From: Entomortierella parvispora E1425
Taxonomy: Eukaryota > Fungi > Mortierellomycota
NCBI GenBank assembly: GCA_020891255.1
Contig: BQFW01000005.1
Location: 620,001 to 684,000 of the forward strand
Length of the DNA: 64,000 nt
Reading direction: 5' to 3'
Shown here: positions 34,608-47,300 of the stretch, piece by piece
Numbering within the stretch: position 1 is the first letter of the stretch
How the letters are laid out: each line of letters opens with the position of its first letter
Program-made: the position numbers and the translations under genes
The notes under the pieces: generated by a model
Databases searched by the model: none
Told to the model about the DNA's origin: nothing
What the model saw: only the letters and a program-made list of their open reading frames with translations

Positions 34608-37071
34608 TCATGAAGAGATTGTTGTTGCCATTGATGATGTCGTGGGTCTCTCCTGACGATGAAAATAATCCCGGACCCAGCCTTTAACCAGCAGAGGTAA
34701 ACTGCTGTACCTCATGTATTTGCCGAAAGGGGTGGTCTTTGTCACAATTGGATCCTTGAGAAACCGAAACATGTCGTTGATCGCCGGATCCAAGTCTGTC
34801 ACTGTGTATCCAGATTCTCGGACCAGACGATACGTCTACAGAAAATTAAAGGAATGGTTCTTGGTCAACCTGAAAAGTGGATGTTTACGTGTCAACTTAC
34901 TCCCCATTATTTTAAGTCTTACCCACGTGGACCGGCCCATCATCCGCCTTCCAATATTCAACGCTGCAGCTGCTTGGGTGGATGGCTTATGAATCAGAAG
35001 CCTCTGATCGAACAGGGCTACCTCCAAGATGTATTTGGCCACTGTTCTTGCCCAGAGCTCCGCACCATCTGCCCTGGAGAATCGCCTTAAGAACGACAAT
35101 GGACCCGGCCAACCCAATCTATAATCCAAGAACGCCAACATTTCACGCTCTCCTCTACGGAAAGTCTCGGCATCGACTGAAATTCCGAGCTGGCTGATGT
35201 AATTCACGTAGATGTAGGCCGTCGAGTTTCGATTCCGCTCCTCGTATTTCGCAGCGATCAACACGCAAGTAATAGCGATAATGTAGTTTTTGTCTTTTTC
35301 CGAGAGGGATGTTGAGACAAAGTCGGAAAAAGACTTAAATGATAGAACGAGCCTAGGGGATTGAGAAACGGCAAAGTTGCGACTGAGTGCTCGATCTAAG
35401 ATGTTCACGGCCAAGAAAAGAGTTTCGTTGCAGGCGTCGACAAGGACACAGATCTGGCTCATGATTTCCACCCAGTTCTGACGCTCCATCCAATATTCAT
35501 CGCTGTGGTCCCAGAGATATGAAAAATCTGGAGCCAGTAGAATCTAGTGTATCGTGCATCAGAAACACAGAAATAATGAGTCAACTACAACGTTCAGAAA
35601 AGCAAGGTGCGCGTTTCTGTAGGTTCCAAATGTTTTTACCTCCAATTCACGAAGGTGGTCAAATATATCATCAGAGTATTCTGCTACATAGGCTGGATCT
35701 ATATCGCTCGGATGAATTTTTGAAATTCCTGTGTCTGCTTCCGTGATCGTGGCAGCTCTTTGTTCATCCAATTTAGTAGTTATGTTTGCAATACCGACCA
35801 CTACTGTCGCTTGAGCTTCATTCACTTTCTGTCGCTTTGCTGGGTGAGGGGCCGCCTCACCGTCATTGGTTGTCTGCTTAGGTGGTGATCGGTTGCGTCC
35901 AGACGAAAAAGCGGTTGGAAAATCAGCAGCGGCAGCTAGGGACGAACGGGGATTCAACGTGGCAGCGGCTGCTGATGGTAACCGCTCGATAACCGAGTAA
36001 GCGCGCTTTGTATGTCGGATGGGTACCGGGATGTTGGAATTGAACTGGGGCCGACTAGTGACCGGCAAATACTTGTTGACTGGTGGTTTACGGTAAGCTA
36101 TTCTGCTTGCAAGGATGTCGTCAGGTGCATGTCGTCGTGGATATTCAATATCTGCCATCGTCTCTTCTCCCGTTGCACTGTGGTTTGTGGGCTCAATTCG
36201 TTGGCGTTGCCCTCCGCGTCTCACAGTAGCACTGACTTCCTGTTTGGGGGATGCCATGATCGCTGTGGTCGGGCGAAGGCGTCCAGATGGCGCACTAGTG
36301 GTGGGCCTCTCAAGGGTCTTGAATTCGACCATTGAGACTTCATTAGAATTCACCTCTCCTGAGCTTTGTTCCGCCTCGAGGGTGGAGCTATGATTCGGAG
36401 CTTTGTCTGTTGATACTAAATGCGGATATACAACTTGACCAATCGGCACTGTAAAAGATGTTGTCGAACGAGGTGAAGGATTTGTCAGGAGAGGTACTGA
36501 AGGCGGCACGCAGCCTGAAGATTTTCCATGATATGCTTGAATACGATCAGTATACGTGGATCCTCTGACATATGATACCGCCTGCGAAGCAACAGTGGCC
36601 GTGTCAACCCTGGAGATTGTGCTGGGGTGTTTCGATGTAGTTGCCCTGCCATCCAGTTTGAGTGCATTTGCTGCCGTTGTTGTCGTGTTGGGCACCGCTT
36701 TGTAAGTAATGTCCACTAGAGCTGGATCCTTTGTAAGTCGAGTCGAGGCGTAGGTTCTCTGAGATGTATGCCTGATGGTAGTTGGTATGGAGAAGAGCCC
36801 ATCTCTGGGTTCATTTCTGGACGGGAGAGACAGCGAGGATGTAGGCTCTTTGTATCTAGCGACGCCCTTTGGTGCTGATGATCCTTGCTGTTGCCTTTGA
36901 TTCTATTCACCAAGGCGACGCAGGTGGCTATTAACAAACCCATATTCAAAAGTACAGTGGGGATAGAGACTGAAAAGTTTGTACCTCTTTCTCCTCCGAA
37001 AGAACTCGATGCGTGTTGTTGTCATCGCGCCTTGCTGCTTGGGAGGCGCTTCTCTGTGCACGATCATCCAT
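34608..37071 (-). CDS. Divergent B-type cyclin, about 732 aa (exons 37071-36985, 36902-35640, 35543-34923 and 34835-34608)
   Basis: DPAYVAEYSDDIFDHLRELE, ETLFLAVNILDRAL, IAITCVLIAAKYEE, EREMLAFLDYRLGWPGPLSFLRRFSRAD, RTVAKYILEV and ESGYTVTDL. All joins keep the reading frame. Confidence 0.85.
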
Positions 37072-37588
37072 AGTGCTCTTCCTGATCAGAGACTGTATTG
37101 GTGTACGGATACAATATGAGCGGGCAGTGAGGAAGAGGCTAGAGTCTCTGCTTTGAGTGGGTGCGACCGATCGATGTCGACCACAAGTAAGTTGCGCAGG
37201 ATAAAGGAGAGCGGGGAGAGGAAGCAAGCTGATCGAGAGTACGATAGGAGACGACGAGAAAGTATGGGCGACGACGGAAGGAGCGACGGGCGTCGTGTCC
37301 CAAAGTGCTCTGTCCAGTTCAATCCACTACAGTGTTGCGTCTGTCTGACAGTATGTTTCCTTCCTTCCTGGCAGCATGGCATGTCCGCTCATGCCATTAC
37401 TGCTTGGCCATGCTACTTTTCGTCGAATGGGCGGAATTGGACGTGTGTGGTGGGTGGGCACGCTGTAATTGTACTCTGCAGCGCCACCAAAATCATTTAG
37501 CACGTGACGCATGGTGCGTTTCTCTTCTTCGGTTGCGGCGCACAAATGTCGTTTGCATCGATCTACAGAAACACGCTGAAAACAGCCG

Positions 37589-38326
37589 ATGGCGCACATG
37601 TACAGATTTACACACGAGGCGGTCACTGTCGTCGCCACTCAGGATCAGGAGGAGCTCCTGTCAACGGCCGTCCCCGCCGAGATCTCTCTTAGCAGCTTGA
37701 CAATGTTTTGTGCGATTCTCTTCATGAATGAATTCCGTAAGGTCGGAATGGATTCAGTCGATGTCGCCAAAACCTGCAACATGTCAGAATGGCGCCGTCG
37801 TCTCTACAGAGGCGCAGCTACTGCAGGAGAAGAGGATGATGATATTATGGATTTACCACCAAAACCTGTCTCTCGGTCTGGACAAATCTATGCTACAACC
37901 TCCGCAGAGGAGACCTCTGGCAAAGAGAGCTTTAACGCGTTTTTGTTTGTCCACCATCGACCTTCACTCGCCAAGACGATACCATCAACAGGGGCAAGCG
38001 GCAATAGCACCAGTGCCAGCCCCGCTTCATTATCTCCCGAGGCTCAGGATTTAGTCGCTTTGAAGGGTGCAACACATATCTGGCTCTGTGGATCGGATCC
38101 AGAGCAACGTAGACATCATCTTATGTCCAAATGTCTTGATCGAGTTGAACAGGATGTGAGAGACTGGAAAGCCTCGGGTGAAGGATCAGGTGTGCTGTGT
38201 GTTCATACGATCCCCCAGGCCTTCCCTGCCATGATTCAGTTCTTGATCAAGAATGGATTCCAGGGCGGAGAGCGGATCATCGGAGGCGAAAATGGGAAAG
38301 TCTTGTACTGGAAACAGGTCGCCTAA
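37589..38326 (+). CDS. Probable GNAT-family N-acetyltransferase, intronless, 245 aa
   Basis: C-terminal half reads THIWLCGSDPEQRRHHLMSKCL...LCVHTIPQAFPAMIQFLIKNGF, which has GNAT motif A/B spacing. Assigned by eye. Confidence 0.6.
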   Translation: MAHMYRFTHEAVTVVATQDQEELLSTAVPAEISLSSLTMFCAILFMNEFRKVGMDSVDVAKTCNMSEWRRRLYRGAATAGEEDDDIMDLPPKPVSRSGQIYATTSAEETSGKESFNAFLFVHHRPSLAKTIPSTGASGNSTSASPASLSPEAQDLVALKGATHIWLCGSDPEQRRHHLMSKCLDRVEQDVRDWKASGEGSGVLCVHTIPQAFPAMIQFLIKNGFQGGERIIGGENGKVLYWKQVA

Positions 38327-41300
38327 GAGAAGAAAACGCACGTCCCTTCCCTTCCTTCTTTTGCCTAGGATACACGCGATGGTGCAGAACAATAAAGAAG
38401 ATGCAGGTACGAAGCCAGATCGCGTTGCAGCAGGCTTGTTCCTCGCTTGCCCGTGTCAGCAAACAGATAGCTCAGACCCACATGATGTTTGTCTTCTTTT
38501 CTTCCTCTTTGTCCTCACTCTGCTCTTTCGACATGTAAGACGAATTGTTGTATGTCTACAAAAATCAGGCCACCATATCCAAGGTGGCACAAGATAAAAA
38601 AACTCAAAAGCTGTGATGGAGACAAATAAGAGCCATCGAAGGCGAATATGGATTCTGGAGCTGGACGTTCTTGATCCAGATCATAAGATACACAGGAGTC
38701 CGGCATGGTGACCCAAAACGAAGGGTCGATCTGAATCCGTGCCCACCATTGACAAAGTACGTACCCGGAGGGTGTCAATCGTTCACCACGTCTTCACATC
38801 GGAAACAAGGCCGGGGGAACAGTTATCTGTGAGAGAATGCAGTGAGAGTAAACTCTCCCCAAATCGGAAAAAAAGAGGAGCAAGCTGTTTAGAGCATGAC
38901 CGCGGGATTGTCAGAAGCATGTGCTAAAGCTGCTGCTGCATCAACATTTCCGCACTGACGCTGATATCGTTCAATTGGTTTTTATTACAAGCGGACGGTC
39001 TGTTTCTTGAGGACTACGTGCAATTCACTTTTCAGTTTAAAGCCGGAGAATCTGCTAGTTCTGGTACTAAGATCTTTCACGCAATTGCAGATCCGGGCAA
39101 GTAGAGCGGAGGACTTGAGGAAAAAGTAACACCCTTTTTATCTTTCTTGGAGACGGACTTTTCTTGTTCTGTGGAAAAGGAAGCTTTGGGTGTTGAGAGC
39201 CCTGGAGGGAAACTAATCCATTTTCAGGCAAACAAGAACCTGGTGGGCACAAGAAGTGTACAAAAACGAGTGCGATCCAGCACGCGACTTTGAAGTCTCT
39301 TTCTGAAGGTCTCGACCGCGCAAGACCGTTGGAGAAATTGAGGGAACACGCATTGGGCACTAAAACTGCAAATTATTTCCTGTCCGTGAGAGTGAGTCGC
39401 ATACCCAGCTCGTTGCAGAAGTGGGGTAAGAGACGGCAACCGAGGAAATGGACCATCAAGGATCAGCAGTTCCCCACAATGTCATGTTAAAGCTACAATG
39501 GAAATCAGTCGAACAAAACCGCCATCCTTCCTTCTCCAAAGGTTGTTCCAGACTTTCAAGAGCCACAAAAAAAAAACAAAGTCAAACAAACAAATACGCA
39601 AAGCCTCTTTCTGGTACAGTACACAGAAAGAACTGGTAGCTTCCGGCTCAAGGCCACGGTTTACGGTAATAATTCTCCACAGATGCTCCCAAAATGGCCG
39701 CCGATTCAATTGTATTCACTCTGGCGGTTACAAAACTCTGCAAGAATATCGACACAAAGACTGCATTGCATCACAAAGGCGGACAGCTGCAGCATGTTGG
39801 GTTTGCGGAAGATCCATCCAACCCCATTTGCAAGCAGGACTAATTACTACCTACCGGCGAATCATGAAAGGAATCAAACTTGCTGACATTATCATTTACA
39901 CTCATTGCATATGGACGAACAGACTGCAAGTTGAACAGTGGTCATCATATTATTAATTTGTAGACGCTTTGTTGTCTGTCCTCCCCTCTACAATTGTTGT
40001 TTTGATTCCAAGGAACTCTCCATTCTCAATAAAGTGAAGCCAGTGGAGAGAAAGTGACCAAACAACAGCGAGGTGCTCTCAAGTCGAGCAGCAGCAGCCG
40101 TGGTGGAACTTTGTTCATCAGAAATATGCTTTCCGCTGCCTGTAGAGTTTTCACGCTGCCACCTCCACTTCAACGCTGCTGGCGCCCTGTTGTCCCTATG
40201 TATTGTATCGGGCGCAGAGGATACAATACAAGGTGCGTGGCTCTCTATTGTTGTTTCCTTTCTTCTTCTCCACGGGACTGTGCCGTCATCTCATTGGGCT
40301 AGAACACCGTGTTGTGCCTGCCACAGGGGAAAAGATCGGTGAATCGGCAAAAGTCAAAGCCAGCGTGCTGCGTGCAAGGTTGGGATCCATCCTGTTGTGT
40401 TTGCAAGTCAAAGTCGAGTTGTTATGAGAAGGAGCGGCCGTCAGCAAACGAGAGCAGAAGACAAAGACAATTGTCAATGCCAATCCACTTACTCGTCTTG
40501 CCCACCGTTGACCCGACGGAAAGAGTCCACCCACAGCACACAGTCCATCAGTCGACATTCACATCGTTTATATTCTCGCCTCTTTCCTCCCTCTTCTCTT
40601 TTCTCTTCCCTCACCTGTCCCCTCTTCCGCGTCATATACCCTTCGTTGTCCGTCCTCCCCTCCCTCCCTCCCCTCCTCCTCCTCTCCGCCTCCACCTGTC
40701 TCCACCCTCACTCCTTCAACAGGCTTTCACATCCTCCTCTACGAGTCCACCAGGCAAGTGCCCTTGCCCCTTCCACTTCCTCGAGGGTTCTTCTCCATCT
40801 CTGCACCTCCTCCTTTTCCCTTCCACGCTGGATGGAGCATCAATCCCCCTACACAGCGCCAATATCCCGAATTACGCGACTTTAGTGGTTCCACCGCACT
40901 TATCCAAATTAGGCCGGAACCAGCCGCCACACACCCCACTCACACATCTCAGCCCCCACCCCCGCCACCAAGACCGACAGCCGTCCTTTTCTCTGATGAC
41001 GATGACGATCACCTCCCCCCTTTCCCCCTCTTTCCATCAGCATCCATCCTTCGATCCATGTGCCGTGATCGGTACCTTATACGTGGAGTGAACAAACAAA
41101 GAGACAGCTGTGGGCGTGACTTGGGAGCCAATCGGACGCAGACCGTGCTCACCACTTTCTCCACAATAATGCACATATCCCTCCACTGCGCGTCAACTCC
41201 ACGCGCAGATTTGCCAGATGGGGCTCCGTAGACCATGCCTGTCCTTCGACGCTTGACGTTCTTGACCTGGATATCGTTTGCTTACACGTACTATCTCCCT

Positions 41301-41347
41301 CATGAAATAGGAACGAGAAAAGGAGTCGATTCAAAACCCTCGCTTCC

Positions 41348-44300
41348 ATGTCGCCCCCTTCTGCCAACAGGGGCTTTTCCATGAGGTCTCTTCTGGCAAC
41401 AGCGGGAATTGCGGGCCTGGCTCTGTTGAGTTCGACCTTTGTGCCCTCAGCCAATGCTGCTGCAGTAGTCACCCTTGGAGATGCTTCTGATTCTCCTGGT
41501 TCCATCATTCTTGGAGGCTTGTCCAGCATGGTGCCAAAGCCTGCCAGTCTCATCGACAGGTACTTGACGCCCGGTCTCGCTAACGTTACAAACATCGGCG
41601 TCAGTATCCAATCCCCCACTCAAGTTATTGTTCACGCTAATGCCTCGCTCTCGAACCCCTTCGGCCAAGTCACCATGCCCCTGGGCCAGGTCGGCATCAG
41701 CATTTGGTTGGATAACGTTAGCCTTGCCAATGTCACAACCTCGAACCTCACCATCGCTGGCGGCACCGCACCTGTCGCTTTCAACGCCACGATTGATGTT
41801 GCAGATGGATCCAAGTCCCCGGCTCTCCAGACCTCAATCAACAACCTGGTTGTCGCCTTGGTCGGAGGTAGTACCCCCTCAGGCCCCCCACCAGTTATTA
41901 CTCTCACGGATCTCACAGTTGCTGGGAACAATTTGGGTATGCAGCCCATTTCTATCCCTGTTCAGCCCACACCCTCAGGTCCTATCCCGGCACCCAAGAT
42001 TGGTGTCGTGACCTCCAGTCCATCGACTCCATCCTCTCCTGTTACCTCCCCTGCAGCTGCTACTGCTTCTCCTCCAGTTATTGGCTTGGGAGGGCTCATT
42101 AACCCCAATGTTACTCTTGCGTGGCCTGTTCTTAACAAGGTCGTCGTCGAGGCCGTTGCCGGAGCAACATTGACAGCCGGTGTTGGTTTCACTTGGAATA
42201 ACCCCTTGAACATTGATTTGGACATCCCCTACATCTCGATCGACGTTGGCCTGAACGGCACTCGCGTTGTCACTGTTGGTATCGAAGCCATTCAGCTTAC
42301 CCCTGGTCCCATGTCGGCTGATATTCTGGTCGATCTTACGTTCAACAACGATCCTGAGGCTGCTGTCCAAGTCGGTGCTTTTGTTAACGACTTCCTTGCT
42401 GGTATGTTATTAGTTACTCACGAGTATGACAGCTCAATTTTCGCATCTACATTGCCTAACCCATCGACTATCAAACAACAGGTGAGTTGTTCCAGGTGCT
42501 CAACATCGGCAATCTCACTTTTGGCACGCCCGGCAGCAACACCAGCGCAACTGGTCAACTGTTGAACACTCTCTTCAGCGGAATCACTGTCGATTTGCCT
42601 TTGACTGGAATCCAAACTGGTGCAATTGAAGATTTGGTACTTAGTTACATCAAGCCCTACTTGCCCTACAATCTCAGCAATCTCGGCGGCACCGGTGGTG
42701 TCTCGACCCTGTTGCAGTACCTGCAAGGTTTGACTGTTGCCACTGCTTCCGGACACACCTTGGTGATCTCTCCCAAGCTTGTCTTGCCCTTCCCCTTCCT
42801 CTTGGACCTGAACATCCCATACTTTGCCTTGGATATCAACTTGGATGAGAACACCCTCGGTCAGTTGTTCTTGGCCGACCTGGTCGGCTCCGGTCAAGGT
42901 CAGGTTGCGGTCTCGGTTGGTATTGGTATTGTCTTTAAGGAACCCAGTCTCCAGATTCCCGCTACACTGGCCAAGTTGGTCAACGGGTTGATGACAGGTG
43001 CTCCTGGGTCCCTTGATATCCTTGCAGGTGTCTCAAACTTGGCTATCGGTGTATCGCCTTCAGATGCAGTTCAAACTCTGAGTGCCGTCAGCGTTGCAGT
43101 CCCTATCTCAAGTGTCATTACCGGCTCGATCAATACTGGCAACCTGTTAGGATCGATCATGTCCGAGACCAATGTGACCATTGCCAACAACGCCGTCAGC
43201 ATCAAAGTCGGTTCTGTGGCCGATTTGACGATCCACGAGGCCAACATCGATGTTCTACCTAGCAATATGGTCACAGTTGGAATTAACCTGGATGTCTTCC
43301 TGGGTCTCCCTATCGTTGCTGACATTGGATACTTTGGAGTGCAGCTACAGTTGGACGCTGCTCAGTTGGCTGCTGTCTCCATGGACAGTGGAATCAATTA
43401 CGCTGGAGGAACGGTCGACATGAATGTTGATGTTGCCATTGCTGTGGGCACTGGCACGGCAATCAGCGGTAACGTCGCCCAATTGGTCAACGCAGTCATT
43501 GCCCACCAGACTGTCAACAGCACTCTCGGCATATCGGGCATTGTCATCGGTCAGTCGTCCACCGATCTCATCGATGCCCTTTCGGCCATCGCTGTTCAAC
43601 TTCCATTAGGTGGACTCCTTGGCAGCACTGGTAAGGATGACTCTTGTATGTCTTTCATTTGTTACTCACCCGCGAATCTGTGTGCTAACAGTTGTTTCTC
43701 TATTGTTCTAATATAGCTATCCCATCCCTTCCATCTGGATTCTTGAACAGTACCATTTCTCAGCTCGGTCTCACCGTTTCCGATCTGTCTTTGGCCACCA
43801 TTCCCAACGCTGGACTCAGTATTGGCGCTCGTGCCGCATTCTCGAACCCCTTCCCCATTTCAATCAATGTCCCTTATATTGGAATCAGCGGTGGTCTCGA
43901 CAACGTTGACCTCCTCACCATCGGAGTCGAGAACCTTGCCGCTCTGCCAGGTGCCAACTCCCTCCAGGCCGAGATCGACCTCAACTTTAACAATGCCGCC
44001 GCTGCCCAAACAAAGGTTGCCACCTTCCTCGGTGAACTCCTAGGAGGTCAGCTCGGAAACACGCCCGAGGCTTTGACTGCCCACAACTTGAGAATCGGTG
44101 CATCGCCCACAGATTACTTTGATCTCCTGTCCCAGATCGACATTTCGATCCCCTCGAAGGAAATCTTGACTCAAGCCAACGTTAATCTCTTGATCAGCAA
44201 GTTGGGCGTCAATGTTACTCAGGTTGCCGACAACTTGTTGAGCAACCTCCAAATTGGTGCCATTTCTGCAGATCTGACCAAGGCCCCTGTCATGGAGCTG

Positions 44301-47300
44301 GGAGCTTCAGTATCGGTCAGCAACTTCTCGCTGCCTATCTCTGTCAACATTGGCTACTTTGGTGTTGACATTGCTTTGGATACTGCTGCCCTGGCGCACA
44401 TTGACGTGCCCTCGATCAACATCACCACTGCCAACAACAAGCTGACCTTGTCCATCCAGGCAGCAGTCACGATCCAGGACTCGCCTGCCGTCGAGGCCGA
44501 CATTGCCGGGTTGGTCAACTACTTTATTTCCAACAGTACGACCTCGCCTGTCCAGAACTTGGTTATTTCCAACCCTTTGGTCGGCGCCTCAATCACCGAC
44601 AACATTCAGACGTTCGCTTTGATCCAGTACCCGGTCGCCCTCCCTGCTTTGTTGGCCAAGGCCAAGGTCTATGTCAACAACTTGCTCAGTAGCCTCGCAA
44701 GCGGACTGAGTCTCAACAACATTGCTCTGTCTGGTTTGGATGTCAACTTGAACAGCCCCTCGATCATCAGCGTCCAGGGTGGTGTTCAGGTCAAAAACTT
44801 GACCTTGCCTGCTGATATCAGCATCAGCTATGTTGGCGTCTCTCTTGGTCTGGACACGACTCCTTTGGCCAACGTGACGATTCCTACCCTCCAGCTCACA
44901 AACGCCAACAACACCTTGTCGGTCAACTTCCAGGTTCTTGCCAACGTTCTACAGAGCACCGATCTCAGCACCCAGATCGCGAACTTGGTTGGTTCGTTCC
45001 TCTACCCTGGCCAGGTTGTTCCTCCCAACACCTTGTCAATCTACGACCCCGTCTTCGGAGGAGATGCCAGCCATCTGTTCTATATTCTGTCGCAAATCAA
45101 GGTCAACATTGCCTTGGCTCCTTATCTCCAGAAGATTAGTACCATGCTCAACGGCACTTTGGCTGGTAGCACCGGCAGTAACCTCCTCGAAGGTTTGGAT
45201 ATCGGATCTTTGGTCGTTGACCTCAACACGCCTCAGACTATTGGTATTGATGCTGCGATCTCGATCAAGAACATCACCATTCCTGCCGAGATTCAGCTCA
45301 ACTACGTTGGTCTTAACGTTGCGATCAACACCATTGGTCTGGCCAATATTGCCGTTCCCCAGTTCACCCTTGCATCCAGTAACGGTGCCCTGGCCATTAC
45401 TGCCCATGTTGATGTTGCTTTGTTGACCAGTGATGCCTTGACCTCTGCCATCTCTAGTCTGGTGACTGGCGTTATCTCCAACCAGACCACGCCTGCGACG
45501 AACATTGTCATCTCAGGCATCACCTTTGGTGGTTCCTCTACGAACGTGTTCACAATCCTTTCCGGCATCGCTGTCCCTATCAACGTTGCTCCTTACATCA
45601 ACAAGATCCCTGCTCTCCTCGCAAGCTCTAGTTCATTGATGAGCCGCGTTTCTATCGGTCAACTGCTTGTGGACTTGAACACTCCTCAGACTATTGGAAT
45701 CGATACCTCAGTCTCGATCAAGAACATTACGCTGCCAGCTCAGATTCAGTTGAACTATCTCGGTGCCAACATCGCCATCGGCCAGGTTCCCCTTGTTCAA
45801 CTCGGAATCCCTTCGTTCAACATGACACCCAGCAATGGCAACCTCGACATTTCGCTGCATGTCAACCTGGCTTTGCAGGAGAGCACCGCATTGACCCAGA
45901 CAATCAACGGACTGGTTCAAACCGTCCTTGCAGGACAACCCATCCCCACGACTCAGCTTGTTATCTCTGGTGCTGCTTTTGGTGGATCGCCTACAAACGT
46001 TTTCACGTTCTTGCAGGGCGTTCAGATTCCTCTGGATGTTACTTCAATCTTGAACAAGACTCTCGAATCTGCAGGTGGAGCTGCAGGCGCGTCCTCATTG
46101 TTGAACAGCATTGCCATCAGCAACTTGACTGTCGACTTGAACTCGCCCCAGGTCATTGGTATCGATGCTTCCGTCTTGGTCAAGAACTTCACGCTCCCTG
46201 CACAGATCGAGTTGAATTATGTCGGTGCCAATATCGCCATCGGTTCTGTTCCTCTGGCCAGCGTTGCTATTCCCACTTTCACCATGGCGCCCAGCGGCAA
46301 CGACTTGTCTTTGAGCGTCCAAGTCAATGTGGACTTGTTGAGCAGCCCTCAGCTGTCGTCGGCCATCTCTGGCTTGGTTAGTGGCATTCTCAGCAACCAG
46401 ACCTTGCCTACAACCGACATTGTTCTCTCTGGTGCCGTATTTGGTGCTTCCGTTACCAACTTCTTCACGATCCTCCAGGGAGTCACCATCCCTATCAACA
46501 TTACGCCTTATATCTCCAAGATCGAAAGCATGCTTAGTGGTGCAGGCTCACTTCTCGGCGGCATTGGTCTTTCTGGATTGAACATCAACTTGAATCAGGC
46601 ACCTGTTATTGCAATCGCTGCCAATATCGACGTCAAGAACTTGACTTTGCCCGCCAAGCTCAACGTCGGCTACTTTGGACTGAATATTGGTATCAACAAC
46701 GTTTCTTTGGCTCAGGTTGCCATCCCCAAGCTTGTCCTCGGGTCGACCGGATCGGATTTGACCATTGCCACCCAGGTTGATATTACTCTTCAGGAGACTG
46801 ATGCTTCGGAGACCATGGTCGCTGGATTGGTTAACTCTGTTGTCGCTGGTCAGGCACCTCAGGGTACGATCACGATCTCCGGTATTGCTTTCGGTGCTAG
46901 CCAGAGCAACGTCTTTACGATCTTGCAAGATGTTTCGATCCCCATCCCCATCTCCAAGATCATGTCCTTGGTTCCTTCCACCTCTGGGTCTGCCGTCAAC
47001 ACGACCTCGATCTTGGATGCTCTCTCTCTCCAGAGCGCCGATATCAACATGAAGAATCCTCCCAGCATCGGCGCTGATATCGCCATTGCTTTGATGGGCT
47101 ACAGCTTTGATGCGCAACTCCTGTTGTCGTATGTCAGCATCAGTGCTTTCTTGGATACCACTCCCTTGGCCACCATCACTGTCCCTGGAATCTCTCTGAA
47201 TTCAGGAAGCAACCAGGTTGATTTGACCGTCAACACGCTCATCAACTTGGAAAGCGGCTCCGCTATTCAGACCGAAGTTGCCAACATCGTCAATGGCGTC

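Noticed and set aside
40309-41231. P/S/L-rich ORFs of 157-260 aa upstream of the giant gene
   Set aside because: They are translations of a CT-rich promoter/leader with no coding-like composition. Small uORFs cannot be excluded.
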